From assembly GCF_910592395.1 (NCBI RefSeq), contig NC_088308.1:1116001-1180000 (forward strand): a stretch of 64,000 bases of DNA, written 5' to 3'. Under the pieces are notes generated by a model. It was not told the DNA's origin. It ran no database searches and saw only the letters and a list, made by a program, of their open reading frames with translations. A program made the position numbers and the translations under genes. The stretch comes from Lineus longissimus (lineage: Eukaryota). Shown piece after piece: positions 23,701-38,700 of the stretch. Positions within the stretch are counted from its first letter, which is position 1, and each line of letters starts with the position of its first letter.

Positions 23701-26700
23701 AGGTTTTATCAGTTGGCACACTTCGGTCATGTCTCCGAGTCAATTGGTGAATAGTCTGTTTATTTCAAGTTGCTGATTGCAAACCACTTCACCAACGTCA
23801 CCATTACTGATAACAATTGCGTTGTTGGCATGTTCAGGTAGACACATTAGTCAAGAAGGAAGCATGGTTTGAGGCAAGCACCTATTCTTGATGGTCCACT
23901 TTGGGGGAAACAAGCAGTTGAGTTGTTCAGTTGAGTTGTTCACTTGATGCTAACCAGGTCCACAGGTACATGTATGTCTAATATTGCTTCCAACCTCTTC
24001 TGATGGCTCCAAACAACTCTTATTGTGGGCCGCTTTAGAACAAGTAGGCCTACATGTAAACCTGGATGTCATGGTTCCGTTGCAGGTCACAGCCACAAAA
24101 CTGGCTCATTTGTGCGGCGCTTTAGCGTTCAAACAAGCAGAAATGTTGGTGAATCACAGTTTACCTTTCCTACCATATCACACCAAAGTGACATCTAATG
24201 TCCATATTTTAATGCTTAGTACATGAACTTCAAAGCTAAATGATTCCCCTTTGAGTACTTAACTAAACAATAGCCTAACTAAACCCTTCCTTTATGCATT
24301 TAACAGTCTCTTAGTTGTTTGACCTGTTGAATGCACTTGTACTGGGATTATACCTTGCTGATCCCTAATTCTAAATAGAGTTGACAATGGACAATTTTAT
24401 AGTCAGGTTTATATAAATGTTCTCTTTTACTTTGATTATTACCATTTCATTCCTTTTTTTGTATTTGTCAAGAAACCTTTTCTCTGGTCTAAGTTAGGAC
24501 TGGTGAACTTTCCTCATTCGTGTAGTAGGACAGGGTATTTGCACTTCACCTGCTAATCAACGAACCAGAAGTATGACCAAGAGTCACAGACAAACAGGAC
24601 GTGTGAAAACCTGGTGAAAATGGTCGCCAATTTCATTCTGGTTAGAAATCTTGAAAAAGTCACCTTTGCAATTAAAAAACCTGAAAATACTGGGAGGTTT
24701 CTCAACCGACAACTGAAAATTCTTCTCAAATTCACTTACAGGGTGAATTCTTTGTTTACAAACAAGAAAATAAATATATCAGGTTCATTTGTTTTGAAAG
24801 AAAAGCATTGTTATCTTTACGCACATTACATTTGATCTCAAAGATGAATTTGCAGAATAAACACAAGAAATCTTCCCAATGCCAGAATATCGGTGTCAAA
24901 CAGAAGATGTAGGGTAAACAAATGGCCTACTGCCGGCAAAGCAGATTTTTCAAAGATTTCAACACCGGATTTGGTAGATGAGCCACAAATGTCTGCTCTG
25001 TGTTGACTCTTTCATGACTGAATTCTCAGAACGATCGGGTCTAGATTTCTTGTCAGAAGTTGGTATGATATCTCAAAAAACAAACATCACCAATGAAAGG
25101 AAGTCAGTTCTGAAATCTATAGTCAGGATTTTGTGAATTCCAATCTGGGTGACCCATCGGCTTGTTGACATAAGGGACATTTTCCAAGAATGCTGATATT
25201 TCATGGTCAGAACCCAACTTTTGAAATCTCAACAGAAATCAATCCTTTGCCAATGACATTGAAGTTCATTTGGAGGTCTTTTGCCATACCTTAGTGGGAG
25301 TTCTTTGTCAACATGATAATTAAGATCAGGAACCAGTTAGATGTTTTAATGACAGGACACCCTGACCTTAGCCTGATGTCCCCTTTCATAGGAAACGTCA
25401 TGGTCAATGGAGAAGACATCTGAGGATGGCACTGGTGTTCCTTTCGTTTCCTTTCTGGGTCATAAATATTCAGAAGTCAGTTTGATTTCAGAGTAACAAG
25501 ACATCACTGAACACTGCTGACCAACAGTGACATCCCATTTCACAGGAAATTTCACGGCCAATTGAGAAATGCGGAAACATTTGAGGCAGATGTTTTTTTC
25601 TCAAAGATGGCAGACATGAGATATGATAGGGCCCATAAAAATATGTCTAAGTACATTCTACTTTCAACATCTTCCTATCATGTTCACCTCTGTTATAAAG
25701 GAAAGGGAACGGGCCCGGTCCAGAGTGAAAATATCTAGAATTTCAGAAACTGAAGACAGGCAAACATCGGCAGCACTGAGGAACAGAAATGAAAAAAATA
25801 ACCAACTGAAACTCGTCCCCAGGCAAAAGGAAATGACATCTAGATATGATAGAAGTTGGTATTGCCAGCAGTGTCAGGAGTTTACAAGCACCTGCTGGTT
25901 GCCACAGTTCTCATAATTAGCTCTATTGTATTTCTATTGTCCTTTCCCATGTTGCGGTAAAACATGGATGATGTTATCAAACATTAAGAGAATGGGAAAG
26001 TGCTGTTAAATCAATGCTAAATCACCAGGGGCACTCTGTGGACCATTAGAAGAGGATATCACCGACTATAGGCCCTGAGGGTGTCTGAAAACAGCTTGGT
26101 GAAACTCTGAATATGGTTGGTAGGGCTGTGGAGAACATAATGATAATGGTCATGATATGTTATTGCTGCAGCAATCCCAGCCTTCTTGCCCAACAATGAC
26201 AGGGTTTCAGCATTAAAAGGACCATTGGGTTGGGTGAAAAATGGCCCAATCGGTACATTTTATGTGTCACAGAATTGTCAACACTGTCTTGTATTTCACC
26301 CAAAGATACAAACAAAAGTGTGTGAATAGCTTACAAAGAAGATGAGACCCATTGCATGTTTTATCAAATATTTAGACGTCCAATGAAAGCAACGAAAGCC
26401 AAGATAGCATGTCAGGGGGAGCAAGGGCCGCACACAATCAAACATGTCGCTGTCATAGACAATGGGTGTACTATATTGAGGGAGAGTGGAGCTACTTTAA
26501 TCAAGAGGACACTTTGAACATGATGTACATTTCCTTTCATTGCTTGTAGATGAAGTATTACGATATCATTCCAACTTGTGCTGGACTGATGTATGAGGTG
26601 AACTTCCCCTTTTTTTCATTTGCACGATATGGAAGGATATTATGAATAAATTATTTCTATCTGATATTGTCTGGACAGACTGGTAGATGTGAGTATGTGT

Positions 26701-29700
26701 TGCATGGAAATCCCTTGCACCTAATATGAACTTAATTGACATGTGGAATGCAAAGATAGATGTAAATTATTAACTCGTAACATTCTTTCTGAAACATGAA
26801 TAATAAATTCAGTTTTAATGGATTTGTGGACTGATTTCGGCACCAAATTTTTCTAAAAAATTCACTAACAAGTTTAAAACGGTTCACACACTACATCAAT
26901 TAGGCTCCTAAATGATTATCACAAATCACCCAATATCTAAACGAGAGTAATATGTGACATACTTGATACAAGTGAACGTGAGAATGATTGATGATCACAA
27001 CAGCTCAGATTAGAGAAATCATTTCACAGCACCAATAGAATTGCTTGTCCATATCGCAATTACCATACGAAAGGTGGCCTGCCTTGGTGATGAGATTAGT
27101 GGAGCAGGCCCGAGCTACCAGCTTGCCAGATCAGTGAGAGCAGCCCAAGCCTGGTCACATGTCGGTGTTGACAGTGCGAGAGAGTGAGCAGCTCCATTTG
27201 TATTCAAATTAGCGGCCGCTCCAGGTTTATAGTTCATTGAGTTAGGGGACCACTTTTAGTTGTGTATCAGACATCGGTGAGGGGAGCAGGGGTAGTGAAA
27301 GTTGACAGAGTTTGTCTGAGTTTGTCTGAGTTAGTAATTATTGGATACAGCGGTGAATAGGTTGCAACGAGACAACAGGATTACATTGTGAAGGCTGCAA
27401 AGGATACGCTGGGTTTGAGAGCGACTGGATTATTGGTGGGAACGTTTCCTCTGTGATACGAGTTATAGGAATAGTTTTTAGATACGGAATAGTTGTTTTG
27501 ATGGTAAGTTATCATTTGGAAGAATAAAAGAGTCATTTGTTCCAATAATTGTATTGATGTGCGCAAAGAACTTTTTTCCTGATATTCCTTCATCTTTCTT
27601 TATGAAATGGTGTGCGCTGTGACATTCTATCTCAGGCTCCTTTGGTCCCTTGGATGCTGAGTTGATAGTTCCAGCGTGTTTGTTGACAGTTTCATATATA
27701 AGCTGGTGCAGATCCAAGCCAAAGGGTGAATCTGGCCCCCGCTCCCTCAAAATTTTCAAACACTATTCTAAATTGACCATAAATTTCATTATTTTGAAAA
27801 AATCTTTGAATCCGACCATCAGACTCTGGAAAGTGAAGGCCTGAGTGCCCTCTATTAGTCTTTAGTCTTCTATGAAGGTTTTTCATACCTTTTTGATTAC
27901 TTTTCCCTGAATGAACTGATATAATAACAGTACCAAAGTACCAACCCGCAGGGCTCAAACAATCTACGTAATTATGTATGAAAGGCAAATAAACCCTCCA
28001 AGTATGTTTTCATTCTAACTCAAATAATACATGCAACAAAACCCAAACATTATTCATTGTTCCTCAATCAATACCCAATTAGGTACAATGTGGCCAATAA
28101 CAGCTTAGGGTCCTAATCTGAGGAGTCCCATGGCTGGCATGTGTGGCACCCCTGTCCCCACCTCTACCTACCCCCAGGGACAATAACAGGTGAATGCAGG
28201 ACAGGATTAGGGTGCACCTGCCTGTCATCTCAATAACTCCTTTGTGAGGACAGTATCACCATCTCACTTTCTTTAAAAGTTTTTTTTCAAAATCATTTGA
28301 ATTTTGTATGACCAGACCTCAAAGCGCCTCTAGCCTAGCTGAGAATTTCAGCATGCCTCACAACAGACCAGCAAAGTGTTGCATCTTTACACCAGCAAAT
28401 ACTCTCTGTACTATCAATACCTCCACACAACTGATCAAGATGTCCACGCCTCAAGCATGACAAGTTTCTCCACATTCTCAACTTGGCAATGCTCTTAGAC
28501 TGGCGCATGCCGTCATCACTAAAGCCATTCACCTCAAACTCAATTGCTACTGAAATCACTTCATCTTTCTGATACCTTTATCAGCTTTTTTGCAGCACTG
28601 CAAGGTAAACCACAAATACAAAATCAATCAAGTTTTACCTGGCTAACGAGGCAATTTTACACCAGGTAGGCCTAGAGTGAGGTGTGAGGTCATGCCAACT
28701 GGTGGGCTTGGCTAACAATATTGTGGTAATCCTCCAAGAATGTTCGCTGACTAGCCTACTATGTTCACTCTGCACCAACTATTAACATCAAATTGGTTTA
28801 AAACTGTAGAGAAACAGAACTAAAGAAAAGTGATGTTATTTTGTCATCCCGCCACTTTTACATGAATCATTCAGTTGTAGGCTGACAGTGTTTACAAATA
28901 ACTTAGATATATCTGACTTCCCATCACTGATTCATGGTTCAGATAGATACCTACCATCACTGCACTATTCTATTAAGTTCCGCTGTATTTACTCTTGACA
29001 TGCTTGATGTTGATGTCCGACTATATCTAAATGAACATAAACCTAACTTTTAGTTTGGAATATTGTTCATCTCATTTCTAAACATTACTGGAATATAACC
29101 TAAGGTAGGAAAACACTGTCTACTTTCAGAACACATAATATTTTCAGATCCTCTTTGCCATAGTCATGGTCTACTTGAACGGTCGTGGCACAGAAGTTCA
29201 CAGCCGACCCACACTGTATAGCGGTCCCAACATTTCTCTTGTTACCATGATCCATGAGAACTCACAAGAAGGACTGACCATGCTCCATCAATTGGACAAA
29301 GTGACCAGTTCTTTGTTTTATCAAGATAGTGTGATATCATGATGACTGGATTGTCAAGACGCCTGGGCCTTCCTAGTCTGGCCATATGCTCCATCGGAAG
29401 AAAGCGATCCTCAATCTCCTTCAACAACAATAACGCTGTACCACTACACGATAATTAGCACATTGGAATTCATCAATGATTGTTGCCAATGGTGGTGATA
29501 TTGTGACCAAATTAGCCCCTTATGTTGTGTGGGGACTGAATGGGAGCTTGTGTCCTGAATGGTTCAGGTGGCTGGCCTCTCCCTGTGGCGGACAATCATT
29601 GTGACACGGCTCATTCTCCGCAACACTGCCTATCAAAGAGATTTATGTTGTGCGAGATCTATAGTCCTTTAAGGGTCTTTTTGGCCCTTCCTGCTGGGCA

Positions 29701-32700
29701 GATTAGTGGTTGTAGGTTTTATAGGAAGTTACACTGGCAGGGAGGGTCAGTGGCCCTGTAAGGGACACTGGGTCCACTTTTCGGTTTTCTTTCAAGGAAT
29801 AATGAAGAATCATCCAACAGCGAATTCAGATTTCTTAACTTCGGTTTGCAGGCCTTTTTGGTTTCTAAGAGAGATTCAGGTCAATGGAATATCTGTGGAA
29901 CAGCATGCAATCTGTGGCCAGAGTTGGTGAGGATAAGGTACAATGGCCAAGGACAATCACTAGCTTGCATTGATTCTTGTCTTACCATCTTTCATTCGTC
30001 CTTCAGCAATGAACCACAGGAATCCAAATTGGTCAATATTTCACATTTAGCCAATTTGAAATTTCATCTGCATTTAGCATAGGGGTTGACCCGAATGAAT
30101 TGTTCACATTTTTGTTAATTAGCTGCTGGGAATGTCTTCCGCATTGGTCGAGGGGTGGGTCCATATCAATTGATAGCTTTCAGCATCAAGTGATGGAATG
30201 TTATATTGTACAGATCAGAAAGATTGCAGACAATACCCGGAAATAGTTGGACACTTTGCCTCCGTGTTAATTAGGGCTGACCACCGAGGCAGTTGTACTA
30301 AGTTTAGCTCATGGGCCAAAAGAGTGAAGGATGGTTTTCTAGCAATCAAAAAGTTACTCAACAAATTCAGCTGAATTTGTTCATATGTCACTCCTGACAA
30401 ATTTCAATATATTTCAGTCACGATCACCTCCTCCTATACATACATGAAAATGTCCACATGAAATTGAATATTTTCTGTTGGACCAATATTTGTTCTGTTC
30501 CAGTGTCATTTTAATGTTAAGATGCCGAAGTGACGTTGTGTTCTCTCGGTGCGGTCTAAAAGCTGACCAGACTTACACGCATTCAATCGAAGAAATTTAC
30601 ATTTTATCCAGACAGTGTTACTAAATTAACCCTTTCATTGTGTTAAACACTTAGAAGTTAAAAGATGTTCCAGTTGGCTCTAACTGAGAAGTCATTCTTA
30701 AAAGATTTCGTTGAAACATTTCATCATGAATATTGTAAATTTAAAGAGCCCGGAGTTTGACATGAGTCCATATCATGTGTCAGATGAAGCACATTTCCGT
30801 AATACAACATTCTGTTTACATGCAGCTACTCACAGTTCAAATGTTTGTTATCTAAATATTGTAGTTCTTGGAAGAGTCCGGCAGCAAAGTGATGGGGTCA
30901 GATGCATAGGTCATGATGACGCTGACACTACAAGGAATACCCCAGTCGATTTATCACCTATGTTTTTGTCAATATCAATATTTGTTCATTGATTCATTAG
31001 ATGAGTAGGCCAAATCATGATAAGCTACCAAGTACATTGCAGTTCATCTGCTCGTCAAGCCAATGATTCCCACATCGATCTGTCCCTTGAAGAGACTGTG
31101 ACACATGTTTCCTGCACCTGTAGAAAAACAAAGCCTTGTCATTTTCTATGTTTTCTTGCTCTGACGCTTTTGACGATTATGCAGTTCATGCCAATACCAG
31201 GGTAACAAGACACCAAGCTTTGACCAACCATACAGGTTAACATGCTTGTGTTTTCAGATGGTTCATGTTCATGTTAATTCTGCACTGATATCATTGCAAA
31301 AAGACTTCATGAAAGTTTGTTTTATCTTGTAGCCAGACCTCTTCAATTCTGTTAATGACATATGATCTGTTGGTCGTCATTTTTCTGTCAAGCTTTGGTT
31401 GAGTAAAATCAGCCAAGTCTAATTCAATGGTTGGCGTTGATGTCAATCTGTCCGAACTGGTGACTGAAGTAGGACTACTTGGGTCAACTGCAGCTGAATT
31501 ATGAATGGTATTTTGAAGTCCAGAACCAAGTTGAACATTCTGAGTACCTGAACCGATATTGCGTTCCAAGTTTAGGTATTCAATAGCCCTTGTAGCCACT
31601 CTCATCACTTGATGGCTGCTCGCACAGCTTGGGAAGTTTACCCTTTGGTGTCCACCTCCAAACATCACAGACACAACAGTGCGCTCATTGACTGATCAGT
31701 AGTCATCATCTCATCATCTCATCTGTATTCCTTTCAGATTGACTTTCCAATTCGACATTCATCCATCCTTTCGCAATGTTATGTTTATATAGCATGTAAA
31801 GTAGAAAACACTTCACACTCCTAAACTATTTGCCTTTCCTATCATTCCAGACTGGCTATGATTACGACCTGAGCACCATCTCCACCAGCTGTGACTAGAC
31901 ACTAGCGCCACCATGCTGCAGACCTTGTTCTACATCGGCGTGTTGACACCCGCAGCGATTGTCGTCTTCCTCTTCGTCATCTTCCTCATCTGTTGGTTCA
32001 AATGTAACCTGCGGGAAAGAATCTACCAGAAGATTGGGCGTGGTCACAACTCGACCCAGTCGTCCTTGGCCGACACCAAGGACTACATGAATGGAAAAAT
32101 GCAGCCACAGGTAGCAGTCAGACAGGAACATTTAGAAAATGAGGACAACGAATCACGTTGTGGATCTGTTCGGATTATAAATGGACAAGTCGTGAAATAT
32201 AACCGTGGGGAGTTTCCATATATGAAACGTGAATCATGGAGATACATGTCATCAAAGTCAGTATCAAAGATCAGGCAGGAGATTCTACAGGACAAGGTGT
32301 TTCCTCCCCTGCCACCAATCTGGACGACGGCAGCAGATAGCAGTTCGTCTTTAGACAGTGAAACTGCTATGACGAAACCTTGGCTGCCGCAAGAGGGCAA
32401 GGGTCAAGGTCATGAGCAGCCCCCGCGGGAATCACAAATGTGGAATAACGAGAGACACTGCAGTTGGAGTCATAGTCCCCAGCGCCCTTCTGTCGATAAC
32501 TCTCCTGTGAATATTAAACAACAAGGACAGAATGCAGATCTGCCGGAAAGTTCATCTGACACTTCTGATTCTCTTGGGACTAGTCCAGCAATACATCGTG
32601 AGAATACTGCGGTGCGACCGCTATATTTCTCACAAACACCAATACTGACACAATCCTCGATACACGGGAGTCCGAAACGTAATCATAACTATAATCAGAA

Positions 32701-35700
32701 AACTCTGAATGAAAAAATACCTGACAAGTCTTACGACTTATTTCTAAAAACTGAGCCTTCGACGGATAGCCGATTGACAATGACAGCAAATTCAAACGGG
32801 TGTCAAAAACAATTATTGCTGGATTCGCAGGATCTAGGGACGAGTACCGATGTGGATAACATCTACTTATCTGTGATGCCCAATGTAAGACCACCAATTG
32901 TTAGTGTGTAACAGTGCATTGCACTCCAATGACGTTTTAACCCTTGCATACATACATGAGCATTTTGAGACGTAGGCTTTTACAGAACATCTTCTTAACG
33001 TGGAAAGAAATCACCTTTCAATACCTGAAGTTCATTTTTGACTCGACACGCAATAAAACTCTCTCTGAAATCAAAAGGAGAATGACAAACCTTGATTCTT
33101 AACTATTTTTCACCAAACTTTTTGACCTCAAATGTGTGTCGAAAGGGGAAGCTTGAACCCCAAGCAAGTTCTCAAAATGTATTAATTCAATCCCAGAGTC
33201 TTTGCAAGTGTAACAAGGGTAATTCATTATTTAAAGCTGGCAGAGTTTCAAAGTAAATTAAATTAAATATTCTAAATTAGTCTGTACAGAAGTTCTCCTC
33301 ATATCAGAGAAGAGGAGCTCTGGACATGAGAATTCAAACTCTTATTATAGGACGCTTTTCATATTTAAGGTAGATTGTGACTAAGTCAGAGCAATGAGTG
33401 ACTAAGGAAGATAACCAGTGCTGATGCATTTGCAAGAAACAAACACAGAAATGGTGCTAAAATGTATATTTTTGTTGATAACTATTGTACATAGAGATGT
33501 TGAGGTTGAGTAAACTGCACGCTTGCTGCACATCAAATATAGAAATGGCTTACTGTTAGTTGCCAATGTTCAAGACTTCTCCAGTGTGCTCCTGAGTTAT
33601 ACTTTCAGGGAGAGAAATCAAGAGAACCTGCTGATTTCGGGGGGGGGGGGGGGATGAAGGGACACTATTGCTCTTGGAAACAGAGAATTGAGACAGCCAC
33701 TGGAGTATGCTTGGTTATATTTCACTCTTTCAAATACACACAGGTTACATATAAACCTCAAGTCAACATTTTGTCAAATCTAGGTTGGGTCAAGAATCGA
33801 AAAAAAACACAATTCATTTAAAACGTCACTGTCAAAGGGAAATGTTTTTCTCGCCATGTCTTGTTTTAGAAAGAGAATTTCAGTTCAAAGGTAAAAAACA
33901 AAGTGATCATTTACACTAGCACTACACTTGCATTTGTTTCTGACCAATCATGATGACATGGTGGATGTTATGCACTCCACTTACTAGACTTGCCGTGACG
34001 ACACAGTGGACATCCATGTCCCATATTTACCCAAGCCATTAACTTGTTTAGAAATACTTTCGTATGACAAAACGTGGATAGTCAATTTCACAAAATGACA
34101 GAGTGTTGACTGATCTATTGTGTGAAATAAGTGAGTGTTTACTGTAGTAGCTGATTTGATTAGAAACGATTCCTCCAAAAGAGATGAGATTCTGTGGTTA
34201 AGATGTCAAGTATGAGAGAGAGAGAGTAGCTTTTGTGATATCATGTCTAATATCTGTCAAAGAGTCACTGAGTCAAGAGGTGCTTCATACTGGCAGGTTA
34301 GAGATGATCCATCTTGGAGCTGTGCTCTGAAGTGAGTAGCAAGTTGTCATTGACATGCAAAGCCCAAGTGGCAGATATAAGATACAGTTGAACCTCTCTA
34401 TTAAGGACACCCTCGGGACTGACAAGTGCTGTCCTTAATAGAGAGGTGTCCTGATCAGAGAGGTCAAATGGAATGGAAACAACCACTTTGGGATCAAAAC
34501 TAGTGTCCCTAATAGAGAGGTTGTCCTTAATAGAGAGGTGTCCGCTAATAGAGGTTCTGCTGTATGTGTCACTTTCTTGTGTGATCAACATTTACTGCTT
34601 GAATACGTTAAACTGATGCAAAACCAACTGATTTATGCTAAACTTTGTCACATTCTGACATTGTGTACAAATGTACAAAACTTCTAAGTCATTGATTATA
34701 AAAAGGAATTTTCATAATCATTGTTTCGACTTTCTTTCTTTCATTCCTTTCTTTCAATCGTGTGATGGAAAATTTCATGGTGAGAACAGACCACCGTGAT
34801 GGACAATTAGGACACTCCACCGATGAGTTTCCCTCTCCAACTGACCACGGTAACTGGACTCACACAGTATGAAGCCACTTCCCCGGGATCCCTTATAGCC
34901 AGATCCTTCATGCCGAGGACCTTTTGGACCCTTTTTGTATCAGCCCTTTCACACCATTATGTGTTTCACAGAGATTTCCACCTCAAGCTGTGACAGTCAT
35001 CAGTGCTCATTGTACTGCTGCGACACCATGGGGAAATACTGTGTTAAAGGGGAAGCGGCAACCGAGGTGATCTTGTACATTGTACATGTACATTTGGACC
35101 ACATTCTGTCATGAAGGATTGATGGCTAATCATACAAGCACTGACAATACTCCAGGGTACCCAGTGAACTATTTAGCTTCAACACTTGAGTCAACAGATC
35201 CTTGTTCTTAGATCAAAAGTGAATCAGACAAAAAAGCCACTTCCCTTTTAAGACCAGGATGACAAGTTCTTTACAACACCTCAATGGAACTCCCTTCCTT
35301 CAGACCCATCAATGGTACTTTTTGGAGCCAGATTCAGCCCATCCGTTCAAAATAACCCAGCATCTTTGGTGGGACCTTTACACCCTCAGAGTCTGAGCCC
35401 ACTCCAGATGATCGCTCACAGAAGACTGATTCCTCAAGTCCTTCTGCCAAATCTTTCACAGTGGAACCCATTGTATCATGTCTCAAAGTCTCGATAGATC
35501 TGTGACAAATGTAGCTGAGTTGCACAGTCGGAGGCCCCTTAATCAAACCCTCATTCTGGTGAAACTAATTTGGATCTGCTCACTTTTTAGCTAAACTCAG
35601 CTTGTATTTATCATTTTGAGGGTCTCTTGCTGTGCTGGTCACACAGTATTACCCTGGGGAGGCCAGGTGGTGAGCTTTTTGCTCAGTGACACAGGTCACA

Positions 35701-38700
35701 CCCACCAGGCATGCCTCCCTTTTCAAACATATCTTTGAAATTGACGCATGAAAAACGAACATCCCACCGAAGTCTCCAACTTTGGCTATCTTGTGCCGAC
35801 GTGCCAGACTCCTTCGCCGATGGTAGACTGTTCCACTGATGGCTTCATGATCCTCACGAACCACTCGAGGGATACTTGACCAAGATTGATTACTCTGATA
35901 GAATCAGATTATCCTGATCAATGGACACGATGGATTCATTTCACCGATGCACAGGTTCTGATCGCTCATGTCGGGCGATCGGCACACTCTTAGATTCATC
36001 GCTCATTCGGCGAGGGGACCTAGATATTTTCTAAGACGGCTGTGACTGGGGAATCAAGTGGTTGTGATCACACCTAGTCTCTTGCAACCTCAGGTAGGCC
36101 ACTGCAATCCAATGGCAACTCTGATGGTCGGGCACTTTTCAACATCGTAAAAGTTGTCAGTTGTCAACATAACACAGTGACTACAGAGTGTGGAACTGGA
36201 GACAAAATAATCTTGTGATGATAATATCAAATATAATCCAAAGAAAGCTGACCAACTACAACCACCATTATTTATTGACCAGAAATCTGAAGGGGATCTG
36301 GTAACATCAGAAGATGCATCCTGATCGAAAAACTTGCTGGTCACATTTAACCACAACAGGTTATTATTTATTCAGGCTGTCAGAAAAAACCTTTATTATG
36401 ACGGGATTAAGAGAGCCCAAACATATCTGGTTATCAGCTTGATGAACAATGAAAGTCTATAACGTAATACGATGCTTTTTTTACTGGATTTTACTCCATG
36501 ATGTGGAGTCAGCTATAACAGTAATTCGGGGCTTGCTTAAGCAAATTCGTTCACTTGGGAATGAACTGACCAACTTCTAGGTGACGGCCCAGACACCTCC
36601 AGCAACACTGCCTCTCTGTAGCAGATCAGTCATGTCAGTGGTGTATCATCATATAAGCCTTCATCCTCGACACCTCTTCCTTCTCAATAATAAATGAGTG
36701 ACCGCTTTGTCCGATCTCCATCCTGCTGTCATTGTCAGACTCAGTGATAATGATACAATCAGGTTAAGAATGGACATTGATTCTCTTATTAGATCAACCA
36801 CAGCAAATAGCCAATTCATCTTTTGATGACAGTCTATACTCAACAGAGGAGTATTGTTCGTTGATGAGGAGGTCAGCTGGACTTCTCCCCAGGACTTCAA
36901 GCTCAGAAGCAAACAAATTCAGGTACCTTTTTACATTGGATTACTTCCCTCAGTGATACGAATGACAGGAGAACATCTTCTCCATAAAGTGACCTTCTCA
37001 TGGCCAACTGACTGTGACTCAAACTTGACGTCTGCATCCAAGGGACCATTATAGGCCTTGCTGACGTGAACGAACCCACAACGTAGCATCAATTTTCTTC
37101 CGCTCGGGCCCTCTTTTAGTCCTGAGACACTCAGGGGACAGTTGATTAGGGTTAGCAGTGTTTATTGACATATAAATATCTCTTCACCTACTGATGTGTT
37201 ATCAATACTTTGCTACAGGGCAAGATGGGCAGGTTCAGGGGTCGATCAATAGCACAGCTCCGCCAGCCACCTCAAGCAGCTGCACAGGTTGATTTGATGT
37301 GATAACGACAGAGAGATTTGTCATTTATGAGGAGAGGGAAGAGGAAATTGGTCTAGATTCAGATGAACACACTTTTACTTTGTGAACACTCCAGGAATGC
37401 AAACTTTCCAACATTATCCAAAACGTTCTCCTTTCTCAGGACAGGGCAGCTCAGCCAAGCTGATACTTGCCAAGTTGGGGAATTGATTCTTTAGGGTGGT
37501 TTAGAATGTTTTCCACCTGTACTGCTTGCAGTTCCATGTTATGTCTTGGGAACCATACATACTTTTGTTTGGCCTAGTCCTTTGCCAAGAGCCCAATTAT
37601 TTCATTTGCAACAACAATTTGCACAAAATGATTATTTTCGCACACTTTTTCCACTCATTAGTGCCAAAGTCTGGCTTTGACATCGTTCGATCATTTACAT
37701 GACCTTCGAATAAACGCTAATGGTATCGACAAGCAAAATGCGGCATATTATGTCATTATTTCTGTTGATATGTTCACATTATGAGGAGAAAACACCACTC
37801 TCTATTTGATTTCTCAGCCTATTGTGTGCTTTGTTTGCTTCCGCAATTGAGTGGCAAAATCACAGCCACAGAGTCAGGTAATTATTACCAGACCCAATAC
37901 CCAAGCTTTTATTATGTTCCTTCCAACTTCAACGCGTATTGACCTAAGGTTTGTATTGACTAAACCTTTCAAATCAGGCTTTGAATTTTTTATTTATGTT
38001 TTTTAAATCGTGTTTGACTTCAACTTAAACCAGTGTATTTTCTTTTAAAGTTAAGTCAATCTTTTTAGTTTTGATTAAACTGTACACATCAGTTTTTGTG
38101 TGTAATAAAGCAACCCCAATGAACTTTGAGTGTTGGTTGCTGACGAGCCATATGAAGAGGTTGGTTTGGTTCTGTCGGTACAACGTAAATGAAACAGCCA
38201 GGAAGAACACTCATTTTTACACACACTTCAGCCCAGCACAATGCATGGACTGACCCCCAAAACAGTTGGAGTTAATTGATCAATTAACTGTCACAGTCAT
38301 GTGACCCAAGCTCCCTACTTCATGCACTTATTTTCATACACAATATAATCAGATTTTATATTGAAAGACTCTGCTATAATCCAATGCATGGACTAAGCCC
38401 CTAAACAGTTAGAGTTAATTGATCAATTAAGTGTCACTGTGACCAAAGCTCCCTACTTCATACATAGTAATACTGTCAATTATACAAGCCATAGTTACTT
38501 ATCAGAATCCACCACAGGCACATACCAAATGCTTTTGTAATAGCATAGATATCAGCATACTCATAATTTTCAAAGAGCGCCACCTATATGGCAGACAAGA
38601 AATCAAATTGCACTAATTTTCATTTTGAAAGAAGGTCTTGCCTAGGGGTACCCACAAACCAAGTATGAACCTTCCAGGTCAAGTGGTTAAGAAACGGCCA

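Noticed and set aside
31291..31674. 127-aa minus-strand ORF next to the nested gene
   Set aside because: Non-ATG start, no motif, and UTP6 is complete without it.
35800..35880. Possible decayed LINE C-terminus (PRVVRE...QWNSLP on the minus strand)
   Set aside because: Too short and interrupted to support.
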